A DNA stretch of 64,000 bases from Chrysomallon squamiferum (Eukaryota > Animalia > Mollusca): assembly GCA_012295275.1 (NCBI GenBank), contig CM022672.1, forward strand, positions 19,034,001 through 19,098,000. The letters are read 5' to 3'. Below, in pieces: positions 15,776 through 30,408 of this stretch. The first letter of the stretch is position 1, and every line of letters begins with the position of its first letter. The position numbers and the translations under genes were made by a program. The notes under the pieces were generated by a model. That model worked only from the letters and a program-made list of their open reading frames with translations, was not told where the DNA came from and ran no database searches.

Positions 15776-17049
15776 TGTTGGTTTATCTCTCTCTTTTTTT
15801 CCCCTACTTCCATTCATCCATCTTTCTATCCATATATCGACATGTCTACATAATAATAATAGTAGTAGTAGTTGTAGAAGTAGTAGTAGTAGTAGTAGAA
15901 GTAGTAGTAGTAATAATAATAATAATAACAACAGAACATTCTGTTTAAGATAATGATGGTCACTACGACGGGAGATAATAACGAAACAATTACACCGATC
16001 TTTGTTCACGCTTTCAGCGATGTCGATAACCGAGACAAAACAAAACAATAAGATCAGATTCCCACGGGAAGATTTCAATTAGCTTAATATGCAAATGCAA
16101 TTAAAGCTGGATGGATAGGTTACTCTCGGTAATTTATTTAAATAGCAAAACTGATCAAACAGTGTAATTAACAAACAGATCACGTGACCGGTGGTGGTAC
16201 GAGTATCTGGTTAGCACGATTTACTGCACGTTTTCAGCAGGTCACGTGCAGGTGTGAATGCGGCGACGTAATTATTTGTTGAAGTTACTCACCCCCGGGC
16301 GGCCACACCCATTTTTTTTTTTTTTTTTATACCATCCCGCACATTTAGCTCTAGTTTCAAGACGCCCGAGAATATACGAATGTTTTATCTGTATGTGTGT
16401 GTGTGTATGTATGTATGTGTATAAATACCAATAAATACCAATGTTATTCGCATTATTATTACAGACTCGAACAATATTGTTAGAAAATATGATTTACGTC
16501 AATAATTTTCATTTATTGTAACTTATTTATATTATAATAAATAATAATAAAAAACAATAATTAATAATAATAATAATAACAGCACTAACAATAATAGCAA
16601 CAAAAACAACCACAATAATAACTAAATAAATAAATAACATTAATACAACAATTCAAAGATGTGTGAAATGAACTAGATTGAAAATCAATAAGATATTGTT
16701 TCAGTAATTAATATTATATTGATTTTTCAGGTGTAAACTGCAGTTTGTAAAATTACATCTGGAGGGAAAACAACTGAAATCTTGAAATGAATAACGCCGT
16801 GTGTTATTTTATTATTTTATATCATAACATAATATTGTTATATCGATATTTTAATTGAAAACAACATTTGAGAAGTACGTAAAAACAATATATTAAGGAA
16901 CAAAAGAAACCAAATTAACTAATTAAATAAAAATAATAATAATAAAAATTTATTTAAAAATCTGATAAAATACTTTCACTTCTGTAAAATGATTAGCGAA
17001 TAATCTGTTCAAACTGTTAGAAAACTAAAAGTGACAAATTGTTTAAACA

Positions 17050-17692
17050 TGTTGTTGTTATTGTTGTTGTTGTTATTATTATTTTATTGTTATTGTTATT
17101 TTTTTATTATTATCATCATCATCATCATCATTATCATCATCATCATTATTATTACCATCATCATTATTATTATTATTATCGTTATCATTATCACCATCAT
17201 CATCATCATCATGACAATCATCGTTGTTGTTATTATTTGTGCGTCTTTTTAATTATTATTATTTTTTAATCATTATTATTTATAAGTATTTTATTTACTG
17301 ATACTGAAATCGTGATGCTAGCTTAGTATTGTTTCTTTTGCTTGTGGATACATAATAATTATCATTTGCATGAATGTTATGATGCTTAAAAAATGTAATA
17401 AAAGCACACACAGAGATGTGAAGGAGCAAGGACAGCACCGATGATTGTGGTAGTTGTTTGAACAGCAGCATCAGTAGCTGTAGTGATATTATTAGTAGTA
17501 GTCGTAGTAGTTGTAGTAGAAGTAATAACAGCAGTAGTAGTAGTAGGAGGAGTGATGGATGTAATAAATGAGAAAAAGTAAGAATAGAAAACCGTAATGA
17601 AATAAACAAAAAGGAAGAGCAACTAAACGAAAATGACTTTAAGGCTGAACACCACAACGATAACAATAGCAAAGACAGAAATAACATATTCA

Positions 17693-17763
<71 letters not shown>

Positions 17764-17866
17764 TGATAGTGACGATGACAATAGTGATGATGATATAATA
17801 ATAATGATGACGATGATGATAGTAATAGTAATAATGTTGATGATGATGATGATAATGATGATGACG

Positions 17867-17942
<76 letters not shown>

Positions 17943-17950
17943 TGATAATT
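17050..17950. repeat. Trinucleotide SSR complex (TTG/ATC/ATT/AGT/AAT)
   Basis: Source of the poly-I/L/H pseudo-ORFs. Confidence 0.92.
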
Positions 17951-18188
17951 AGATAGAAATGACGTGACAATTATTATCTGTGAGTGTGGTCTACGTTCAC
18001 GGTGTTGTGAATTCTAAAACACACAAATCAAGGTGTGGAGTCTAATAAAGGACTAGCTTAGCATTTTTACCTTTAATTAGTTATCAGGTAAGATAAGATA
18101 AATTATTTCGTGTAAATTGGGTATGTCTTTGATCTTAGGATATCAACCTTTATAAATGTTCAACCCTAATAATGCTGGCTATCTGTGT

Positions 18189-18224
<36 letters not shown>

Positions 18225-18821
18225 AAAGCTCTCTTAAACGAATACTTCAAGGAAAAGACAACCGAACTGTAGAATGGTACAAAAGGTGTGAGCCGGTTAA
18301 CCCTGGGCTTCAAAATTAACAGCTCTCTGACTGTATCTTTGGCCAAGATCTTTCGAATCGACCCGGCCAGGGTAATTGCCGGGTATTGCTTTACAGCGAG
18401 TCTCGCTTCGAACGAACAAACTTGCAGTATAAAATTCAATATGATGAATCGGTTTCTTTTCATGCGACGAAACGTAATCCTCGAAAAATAAAACAAGTCA
18501 AGTTATGGTTGGTTGTTCGACTTTTTTTTTTTTTTTTTTTTTCCAGTCCGACGAAGGATGCCCTAAAAGGGATCGGTCATTGTTTCCTAGCAGTTTCTCT
18601 GCTGACCCGGACGGAGGCCGACACGTCACGAGCTGACGTGGCCAGTGACGAGTTTGATTTCGATTGGTCAGTCATCAGGTCTGGTTGTTTTCACTCGCCA
18701 GTGTTTTTTTTTTTAATGAAAAAAAGACAACGGTTTTGTAATTTACGGATACAACACGCCTCATGTTCATATTGAACTTTTAAAGTATAATTGTCGTGTA
18801 CTGCTACTGCTGCTGCTGCTG

Positions 18822-18884
<63 letters not shown>

Positions 18885-19423
18885 TTCCTATTACTACTAC
18901 TACTAATAATAATAACAGAGAGATCCAGGTAATCATATTTATGAAGACAAAAGTGTATATCAAAACCATGATAGGAAATGAAGTGGAAATTGATTTGTTT
19001 TTCTTAAAAAATGCTAATGTGCTCGAAGTTGAATGTAACTTACGTTAAAATAAAATGCTTGTTTCGGAGAAAATTTAGATGATTTTGTAGTTCTTGCTGG
19101 CACTGATGTTGTCATTGAAGTAGCTTAAAGAAGTTCATCCAAAGTATGAGATACGTTAGGTTAAAAACGATGATGATGATGAATATGGCAATGTCGTTAA
19201 TAAAATTAACATGAACATCTCGACGATGATGATGATGGTCATGATATTGTTTGGGGCTGATATTTTCTATCTCTCTTAAAAATTATCTATCTATCTATCT
19301 ATATACCTACCTACCTACCTGTGTGTCTACCTATATACCTATCTACCTGTCTGTCTATCAGTCTATCTCTCGATCTGTCTCTCTATATATCTACCTATAT
19401 ATCTCTCTCTATATATATCTATC

Positions 19424-19529
<106 letters not shown>

Positions 19530-20391
19530 TTTTTTTTGTCTCAGAGCCATAAGATATAGGTAATAAATACCTGACAGACACTTATAATTAGTACATTAAA
19601 GAAAATCTTTAGTTTCTGCTACAGGATAACTATGTTATTGCTGATAACCGATGTTACCAATGACGTCATTAAAAGGGTTATTTATTTAGAATAACGCCTC
19701 AACAGACAAAATAACTCCCAGTTCATAACTTTCAACATCAGACCACATAAAAAGATGAATAAACTCGTTTTTGACTTTTCTCTTCTTTTATTTCTTTAAT
19801 TTTTTTTTTTTTTTTTTTAACTCAGTATACGAGGTCCAGTTTCATTAACTTGTGTGACACAATAAACATCAAACCTCAGCCGTTCCTCCCCGTGTCCCGA
19901 TAAAAGACGTATTATTCAAATATACACCCAATAAAAACGATATCATCTTCTGCTTTCTAATATACTCTGTAACATATTCCCCGTGCTGATTCCGATGACT
20001 TATGTACCAGATGCTATCTCGCTGGCTGATGGCTTTTAATACGAAATTTTAAACGCCGCGCACATTTCAACACGCTCTCTGACAGTTTAATTTGCTTTCA
20101 CAGAAACCAAACTAACGCTACCACCATTACAACGTGCAAGAGACTTTTTTTTTTTTTTTTTTTTTTTCTTCCCCCTCCCCACTATTTATATTGACACACA
20201 ATACAAATAATTGGCAACAGTTGGCCTATTAGACACACAGTAATAAATTAGTGTCTATCTCGCGTTGTTCGTGCATATTATAAATATTAGTAAATGAGTA
20301 ATCGCGTCGATCTTTCGTATCTCTCAGCTTTATTTATCTGACAGATCGCTGTATTTCGTTTTTTCATTATTTATTTTGTTATATATGTATG

Positions 20392-20439
<48 letters not shown>

Positions 20440-20681
20440 TTATATATGTGCAGTATCTTCTTTTTTTTTTATCTTTGTAGTTGTATTATTACTATATTTA
20501 TTATGCTGTTGTTGCTGTTGTTGTTTTTATCGTCGTCGTCGTTAACTCGATAACTCTCTCAGTATCATACAATTATTATGTCAAGCATTTTTATTATGTA
20601 TGTCTTATACTTCTTTTTCTCTTAATAGCATTAGTATTTTAGTAATATATATATATATGTTTGCACACACACATAAATACT

Positions 20682-20725
<44 letters not shown>

Positions 20726-22213
20726 AAATTAACATTAATGTAATTATAATATAATGAATACTGAATACCCACTGTATATCTTGGATGTGTTTATCTGAGT
20801 ATATATATATATTTATATATATATATATATATATATTTTCTTTACAAAAGTGCTCTTCCTTTGTCAACCTTTAACGTAATAAAAAGTAAATTTATTAATG
20901 TTATGTTAACATGTTAGCAGGCTGGACGATAAACAGGCATTCTCAGTTGAGCTCTTGGTAAAATTATATGCAATAAAGTCACATATTCTGTCAGATCAAA
21001 TATTCTCTTATCGTCCACTGCTTTAACTAATACCCTGCAGTGTCATATGACATACAGTGGCAGACATTCATTCTAGGATTTGCTTTAGGGTGCGCTAGAA
21101 TCAAGACTCCGGCTGTGCCTGGAACAGGACAGTTCTGAGAAAGGTTCGTTGGTTGTGTGGTGTTGTGGTCCTGCGACTTGAATCAGTCTGTCGTGAACAT
21201 ATGTGCCGATCTTTCAGCAGCTCTGTTGTATGGAAGTAAGTTATCATATAAAGTGTAGTGGAAATTTAAAACTTGGAAGTGGATTAGCTAGTGTTAACTG
21301 TTAATATCCAATAATAACTCTTTCTATGCACATCTATCTATATCTATATCTAACAGGATAAACGCACATCTTACACGCACATACACACACAAATACACAT
21401 ATACGTACATACATCGTGCATGCCTCCATCCATCTATATATACATGCATACATACATACATACCTCTATACATACATACATACATACATATATACATACA
21501 TACATACATACATATATACATACATACATACATTCGTGCATATATGAATACACACACATACGTGCATGTAGACTCTCGGACAGACAGGTAAGGACAAACA
21601 GACAGACATACAGACAGACATACAGACAAAACGTCACTGAGAGATGATGGTTAATAAAATAATGAATCGATAAATAATTGTAAAATATTAGTATAAAACA
21701 AATTAGTAATAAAAATAAAGTAAAACAGAATAAATTTAAAAAGGAAAAAAAAAAAAATAATAGCTTAGAGATAAACATAATGATATAAAAATCTAATAAC
21801 TAAACAGTAAAACTGGATGTAAAAACATAAAATAAAGTAAGAGTGCAATAAAATAAAAATATAACATAATACATTGATAAAATAAAACAATAGAAAATAA
21901 ATACAAAATGAAATGAAATAAAAAAAAATAAAAAAAAAAAAAAAAAAAAATAATAATAATAATAATAAAATAAAATAAAGTAAAATAATCTTGTATTAAG
22001 TATGATTCAGCTAGTAATATTAATAATTTTCTCAGTTGTGTTTCATGTGATTTATACTAAAATTTATACTTGTATGCTTTAAACGTATATTATTATTATT
22101 ATTATTATTACTATTATTATTATTATTATTATTATCTAACCATTTAAATCTTTTAATTTATATACTGGTTATCTTTTAAGTAATATAAATTTTGAATATA
22201 TAAATATGTAATG

Positions 22214-22249
<36 letters not shown>

Positions 22250-22732
22250 TATTCAAAATTTAATATTTAAAAGAATATTTATTTTAAGCATTAATTATAA
22301 TAAAATACATTTACTGAAAGAAAAATATTTAATTTCTCCATTTGAAATAGTTTTTTCATAGTTATTCATTTTCTGTCTTTTTGAATTTTTCCTTTAATGT
22401 ATATATATATATATACATATATATTTTTTATCTAAACACCGACGATAGTAATAATTTTTTTAATTTTTTTATTTTTACTTTTATTATTATTATTTTACTT
22501 TAATATGCCGTCCTTTAAAAACTTTTAGTACTTTAATTTATTCCCTTTTGATACCAAACTACGTTTTTTTTTTTAAATTTTATTTTAAACATTGGTTACA
22601 ATAAATCAATAAAAATTTACCAGAATACATTTTAATTGACCTTCCATTTCTTGGCAGCTTGAAGTTTTATATCTATATCTATCTATTTTTTCTAGCTATA
22701 TACACATATAAACATATAAAAAATTGTATGTC

Positions 22733-22774
<42 letters not shown>

Positions 22775-23262
22775 TATGTGTGTTTGTCTGCGTGTCTGTG
22801 CGTGTGTGCATGTTAATAATTTTATTTAAATAACAGATAATAATGAAGTAAACAAGTAATAAAGTATATTTTATTGTGGAATTTGTATATATATATATAT
22901 AAGTACATTAACAGAGTTTTTGAAGTGGCAGAGATCTCACGACATTTGTTTGTGAAGACAGAATATTTTTCAGCTGTTTCGTTTCCCTTGAATTACCCTG
23001 GGTACAAGCCAGCAACCAAATTCTGAAATAAACAAAAATAATAAAAATTTTTTATAGTTACGTCATTATAAAAATTAATCCTATAATACAAAATACAAAA
23101 TTATTTTTAATGTTAAAAATATGGATATTTTAAAAAAAGTGAAAAAAAAAAAATTATTAGATAGTTTTTACTTTTATATATAAATTTGTTTGGACAAAAA
23201 CGATGATGACGATAATGATGATGATTATACTATCCATATAGTGCTACTACTATTACTACTAA

Positions 23263-23312
<50 letters not shown>

Positions 23313-25119
23313 TGATGATGATGATTTATGTAGTTATATTGTCAAATATAAAATATAAAATAATAAAATAATAATAATAATAATAAAATAATTGTCAAAT
23401 CATAATTAATTCAAGCAAAATTTAATTGTATTTTTATTATAATTAAATTTTTAATTTTTTAAATAATTTTTGGTATTTATTAAACTAAATGCATTGTAAT
23501 TCAATCCTCGTTGATGAGCGGCAAAGATAATTAAAATTATAAAGAGCAACAGGATGAATGCATAATTGTTTAATTATTGTTATTAAAGATACGATTAAGT
23601 GAAAAAAACACAAAAAAAAAACACGTACACACACAATTAAAAAGCTAAATTTGATAATATTTGTAAATATAGATTTCGAAAGTATAAATTGTATCAATGA
23701 AAGAATTGAAGAATGGATAAATTATTTTTTATTTATTTATTTATTTTTTTTATTTTTATTTTTTTATATTTTTTTTTTTTGTGGCTACAGACAACAAACA
23801 TTACTATAAAAGTGAGAAATGTAATTTTTCGTAAATTTAAATTTATATAATTGTTTTAGGAACTAAACTGTAATATTCATTTGTTTGTAGTTTTAAACAT
23901 TCGTTTTTTACTGGTTTTTCATTGTCTCATTGATTTTTTTTATCTCCTTTTTGATGATTTTGTTTTATTTATTCTTTCTTTTCTTTCTTTCATAAATTAT
24001 TTCTTTCCTTCCTTTCTTCCTTAATTCTTTTAATTGATTCATTTTCTCTCTGTCTTCAGTTATCCTTTTCATACATTCGTTACATTTCATTGAATTCAGT
24101 TTTTTTTTTTTCATTTCATTTATTCTTTTTTTTTTTTTTTTTTTTAAATCCTTTTTTCCTTTCTTAACATTTATTTTCATTTATTTTATGATTTAACAAA
24201 AAAAAAATTTAATTATATAAAAGATTATTTTTTAATTTTTTTTTTTTAATTATATAAAAGATAATTTAAAACTCCGCTGATCGATATTTTAATTTATGCC
24301 GCTTCAGGTATTGAATTCGCAGAAAGCTTTGTGTGTTTTTTAAAGCAAAGATTACATAAATTAACAGTTAGAGTTTCAGTTCAGGGATGTTGTTTTTCAC
24401 ATATCCAGACCAGCTAGCGCCAGTAGGAGAAAAAAAACGAAACAAAAAATAATAATAATAAAAAAAAAGAAAAAAAAAAAGGGAAGAAAACCATTAAAAA
24501 AAAAAAAAACCACCAAAAAAAAAATCCCCCAGCAACTGGAAATTAAAAAGAAGAAGAAGAAGAAGAAAAAGAAATCACACATACACACAAAAAAACCCCA
24601 GAAAACCCAACAACTACTCGTATATTAAAAAAATACTTCGCATATTCTCATATCGTTTACATTCAGTTTGGATCTTTACAGACTTGTCGACAAACGCTTC
24701 ATTTTTATTCTTCACTGGCGGTTGATTATTTCATTTCGATTTTAATTTGAAAGTATTATTATTATTATTATTACAAGTGTATGTATGTGTGTGTGTGTGT
24801 GTGTGGAGGGTGGGGGAAAAAAATGAACAAATCGAGTCTAAAAAAAAAAAAAGCAATTGTGTACTACCACAATACTAATAAAATAAGAAAAAAGAAAATA
24901 ACGTTCTGCAGTGAGGATTTGATAAATTTGCTCAAAACTCGAACAAGCTGTTTAATGCGTTATAAAACCTTTGGCCCCCACTACGCATACTTTTGTCTGA
25001 AAGGTTAATGCGTTTCGCAGTAACAGATATACCTGTTTAATAGTCTTTGATGTCTTTGTTATTTTAATGGCGAGAATCTACATCAACGGGCTGCCAGACA
25101 ATTTCGACAGTTGGAGACA

Positions 25120-25177
25120 TGCGCACGCGCACCTAATGATTAGTGACGTCAGTAAAACATTTCGCGTACAATATAAA
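25120..25177 (+). promoter_or_regulatory. Candidate promoter cassette: NRF1-type site, TAATGATTA, CRE, TATA
   Basis: TGCGCACGCGCA 25120-25131, CTAATGATTAG 25133-25143, TGACGTCA 25144-25151, TATAAA 25172-25177. Confidence 0.4.
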
Positions 25178-25751
25178 CTAATTTCGTACTTAGCTAATAT
25201 TACAATGAATGATGTAACAAGTAAGCAAATGGATACCTTTGAAATGGTTGTCTGGCGGGCCTTTTTTTTTTTTTCTTTTTTCTTTTTCCGGAACAGATCA
25301 CACGGCTCTCGGGCAAATTGTCCTTTTGTTGTTTTTTCATCTAGAGTTATCGTCCCTTGATAGTACTTAATTTGTCCTGTTGTTGTTCGAGTAGGTATGT
25401 CTGGGCATTTTAAAAATGTTTTAATTGTTTTGGGTTATAATTTAGTAAACGTTCTTTCTTCTTCATTTGCTGGGAGCTGACATTTTCACACGGCCACGGG
25501 TTCATTCACAATTTAAGAGTGAGAAACTGTCAAAACTGGAGGTTTCACTTCACAAAATTTCATTGGAACTAATTAAGTATCACCGGGGTATTTGGATACA
25601 TGGCTTAAGTTATTTAGTATTGTTGTTGTATTTTGTTTTTTGTTTTGTTTTGTTTTGCTTAATTCTCCACAAGTCATTAAGTTAAATATTGCACTTAAAC
25701 TTTTTTTTTTTTCATTGTTTTTTAAAAAAAAAAAACATTTCTTAAACAATG

Positions 25752-26188
25752 TCAATGCATCGGAGGAAGACCTGGTTGCAGTCCGGAGTACATTGCAAGA
25801 GGAGACATCAACGACTGCGGCAAAAACGGCGACCTCATGAAAGCGCCGTTGTACAGAATACTGGACGGCGACTGCGGAAGCGATACGCCGAATATCGGCG
25901 GAAGCATTGTCTTTGAGTGCATGCGCAGTTTCTCCAGTTCCGCTTCCTGCAGGCGCTTCGACTTGGCTCGTCGGTTCTGGAACCAGATTTTCACTTGCGT
26001 TTCCGTCAAGTTCAGCGAGGCGGAGAATTCTGCTCGTTCTGCAATGGACAGGTACTGTTTTTCTCGAAATTTCTTTTCCAGCGAAAGCAGTTGCGATGTA
26101 GTGAACGGCGTGCGTGGCTTCCGGTTTGGTTTGTGCTTGCGCAGTGTCCCAACTGCCTTTGGAGGTAGTCTAGGAGCGCTAGAAATAT
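25752..26188 (-). CDS. Msx: Msx/msh homeobox protein, coding exon 2 (homeodomain and C-terminus)
   Basis: Acceptor ttttctttctttcacAG|AT at 26190-26189. Encodes [75 protein letters not shown], the diagnostic Msx homeodomain with its conserved flanks. TGA stop at 25754-25752. Spliced protein is 305 aa, junction codon A|AT (Asn). Confidence 0.97.
25947..26126 (-). other. Msx: Homeobox (60-codon Q50 homeodomain, Msx family)
   Basis: [60 protein letters not shown]; no intron interrupts it. Confidence 0.97.
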
Positions 26189-27047
26189 CTGTGAAAGAAA
26201 GAAAACATAACACGTATTTAATTTGTGGTTGTTATCGAAGAAAAATTTCTAACGATCAGTTCTTGAAGTATTAATGATGGAAATGTGTTCACTGCCCTGT
26301 TTTTTTTTTTTTTTCTTTCTAGAAATAACCGTAGAATAATATTATATTCAATAAGTTAAATTAATTTTTTTTATTAAATTAACTAAATAAATAACTATAA
26401 GATTCAAATTGTAAAAACAGCATGATCAAATTGATGATAATAATAATAATAATAATAACAACAACAACAACAACAACAATATTTTAGTCCATTGTTTCAA
26501 ACTCTCGATTATTTAAAGTTAAATTGAACGCCAGAATCAACCGACTGGTTTTCGCGCTGTTGGTAACTGTTATCAGTCAGCTCATCAAACTCATTTAATT
26601 CAACCAATCAGAAGATCCAGCCAAAGAGTAACCGAAGCAATCTCCACTTCCGTTCGGTCCGCAGCGAAAAGCGAGAGCTTCCGGTAGGACAATATTTGTT
26701 AGAACTCTTTTGTCATTTTGCTAATTGAAGATTTAATTTTAGATAGCAACTGCAATGAATCAACGGCCATTACCAGCGACACCTCGGCCGCTGACGTTAA
26801 TTTTCTAAAGATAATGACTTCAACAAAACGGCAAATGACTTTGATTTCTGCGCGCGAACACTTCGAAATGATTCAAAACCGATTAGCTTTTCGATTTTCT
26901 ATTCTGAGACAGAAATTAGGATCAAGTCTCGTCAGTGAAATGAAAGGATTTTCTTTGAAAAGAATACAAACCGCTATATTATATATATATATATATATAT
27001 ATGCATTCATGCAGACATATGTATATACTAACGTTCATCATACGTAG

Positions 27048-27081
<34 letters not shown>

Positions 27082-28748
27082 CCATGCATATACATCCATG
27101 CATATAAAGTCTAATTAAAATAAAATAATATCATCTCTGATAGAATAATTCCTCTTTTGACAAGTCTTTTATTTACAAAATACGAAATTTCTCTGATGAA
27201 AAAAAAAAAAATATATATATATATATATTTATTTATTCTTGCGGGTAATAATAATAAAAAAATAATAATAATAAAAAAAATAATAAAAAAATAAATTATG
27301 CTTTTCTTCTGCAACGTTTAATCTTCAGTACGATTTCCCTATTCCAAACATTTACATGCACTTTCTAGATGTTTACACAGTCTGACAAGAAAGTAAAATA
27401 CCCTTGCTGTTAATAAAAGAATGACTTATGTGATAATGTGTTTTGTATGTACTGCGTGTAGATTGTTGTTGGAAGGTTATGGTTCATCTTCGGGCGATAA
27501 ACACAGAGTCGGGCAATAAAACGCTTTTGATTTAAAGGAATAAAAGTTAGATGTTTGGCAATAAAACCGCAACGAAGCAATAAAAACGTGATGTTAAGGA
27601 ATAAAAAAATGATCACAAGATATGCAAAATGCGTGATCCCCAGGAATAAAAAAAAAAAAAAAAAAAAATGATATAAAATGAAATTTAAAGAAATATAATA
27701 AAACTTTGAGAAATGAAATTTAAAGTGATAAAATAAAACTTTGAAAAAAATGTAAATTAAAAGAATATAATAAAACTTAGAAAAATGAAATTTAAAGTGA
27801 TAAATTTAAAATTTGAAAAAAAATGAAAACTAAAAGAATTTAATAAAACTTTTAGAAATGAAATTTAAAGTGATAAAATAAAACTTTGAAAAAAATGAAA
27901 ATTAAAAGAATATAATAAAACTTTCAAAAATGAAATTTAAAAGGAGTATAATAAAACTTTGAAAAATAAAAATTTAAAGAACACAAAAGATTTAGTTGCA
28001 AGGATTAGGTAATAACTTGAACGAATTAAATTAGATGTTATAATTAAAAGAATATAGCAGTATTGTATATAAAAAAATATTATCTCAAGAAATAAAATAC
28101 TTTTTTTTATGATACAAATATGTTATCGCAGAGGATGAATATATTATCTTTTATCAAAAATATGAATTAATCTCAAGAATAAAAATAATTCTGTAATTGC
28201 GTTTGTTTCTACGTATGTGTGGATAAATAAATATTTGATTAACATATTTTAAATATTAAAGATTTTGAGATATCAAAATATACTTTTTAAAGAAAAATTC
28301 GTTACGGAATGTATCTTCATATCTATGAGTTTGTTGATATGTATGTTATATATGTATTGAATTGATTGTATATAATCTACATTAATTATTATTATTATTT
28401 TTGTTGTTGTTGTTATTATTATTAATTTTGGTGATATTAATTTGTATTCTGTATCAACCCATCTTATGACCAAACAACTTTTAGAGATTATTTTACACAA
28501 TGATTACTTATACATCAGAGAACTATTAAAAAATATATGTCATGACTCTAATTTAGAAATAGAATTTTTGTTTATTTATTTATTTGTTTGTTTGTTTGTT
28601 TATTCACTCGTTTAGCAAGCTTTATCAGATAAATGTTCAAGCACGTTTATCGTGGACAACCCTCAGATTCTTTGAACCTTTACAGATATGATTTTATATA
28701 AAAAAAAAAACTAATAATAAAAATTAAAACAAAATGTTTCCATACTTC

Positions 28749-28786
<38 letters not shown>

Positions 28787-29704
28787 AACAACTACACCCC
28801 CAAACATTACTCAATCATTCCAGTATTGAAAACAACGCCAGCGATCTCTTTCACAGGGCTTCGTCCCGTCTGTGCAGTGTCTTCGCAAACCACGCTTCAC
28901 AAAACAGCAGCAGTAAAAATCCGAGGAAACGGAAGCAGGAAATTGCGCTGGAATATTCATTCGTCTGAGCTATCTGCCGGTGTTTTTCTGCGGCTATCAG
29001 CTATTTGTCTCTCTCAATTCTCGTACCAGTCACGCCGTTATCTGACTGGGAGAGACAGACAGAAAAAAAAAAACACCTTGTCGCGATTTCTGTCAGTTTT
29101 AAAAGCAGCGAGTCTTGAGCAAAGAAGAATGTTTTCAGATTAGAAGAAACCGGAGTTGAATGGTGTGTGTGTAGCTGAGAAAAGTGTGTGTGCGTGTGTG
29201 TGTGTGTCTATGTGTGTGTATATATGTGTGTGTATGCATGCATGTGCATAAAATTATGTATGTATATTTGTACGTATGTATATTTGAAAAAATGTATGCA
29301 TAGAGAGGTATATGCGCGTTTGTATGTATATATAAATATATATATATCTGTGTGTGTGTATGTATCTATGGACAATTGTATGTATGTATGAATGCAAGTG
29401 CATGTAGACATGTGCTTATTGCTATGCATGTAAAAATGTTTATGTTAGCATCAGAGTAAGCGAATGACTCAGCACCAGTAAATAAACTAATTCAAGGAAT
29501 CAACAAAGAAAATGAAAAGTCAACAACAACAGCGGGAATATCATCATCATTATTAACGGTCATGATGATGATGATGATGGTGAAAATGACTGTGACAATA
29601 ACAACAACAACAACAGTTAAAATAACGATGATCATCACCATGATGGTACTATTAACGATCGTACAGATATAAACTAAATAAAATAAAAAAAATAAATAAA
29701 CTAA

Positions 29705-29771
<67 letters not shown>

Positions 29772-30337
29772 AAATAAAAAATAAATAAATAAATAATAAA
29801 ATTAGTAAACCTGTATTGATAATAAAACTAGAAAGTGTAATTATCCGAAACAGGTAAAGAACACCATTGAACGAAATGAGATAGGTGAAACATTTGGCAA
29901 CTTGGTCCAAACGTAACGCCGTTATTAACTTTCCCAGTCAGAACGCGATCAATTCTGAGTGTGTGTGTGTGTGTGTCGTGTGTTTATGTGTATTTGTGTC
30001 GTGCATTTATCGATGCCGTGTGTTTATGTGTCTACATCAGAGATGTGTGTTTATGTGTATATTGTGTGTTTATGTATGTGAAACGTTTTTATGGATATAT
30101 ATGTGTGGTGTTGACGTCATTTTGAGATGTGTTTATCTGAATAGGCTGTGTGTTTATGTACATGTGTAGTAAGTTTTTAAAATTAAATTGATGTTGTGTG
30201 TTTAAATATAAAAAAGTTTGTGTTTATATTAATACATGTAATGTATTTATGTAAATGTATCTATTTGGATATATGTGTATATATTATGTGAAACTATTTG
30301 AAGTATTATTACTTTTATGATCTTCTTTGATAGTTTT

Positions 30338-30408
<71 letters not shown>

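Noticed and set aside
18293-18382. Possible pre-miRNA-like hairpin (ACCCTGG...CCAGGGT)
   Set aside because: Only short outer arms pair; the interior does not form a continuous stem.
24704-24709. Minus-strand AATAAA as Msx polyadenylation signal
   Set aside because: Plausible (~1 kb 3'UTR) but indistinguishable from several nearby ATTAAA/AATAAA hexamers in AT-rich DNA.
25837-26274. 145-aa + strand ORF opposite the homeobox
   Set aside because: Typical antisense shadow ORF of a homeobox exon; no independent coding evidence.
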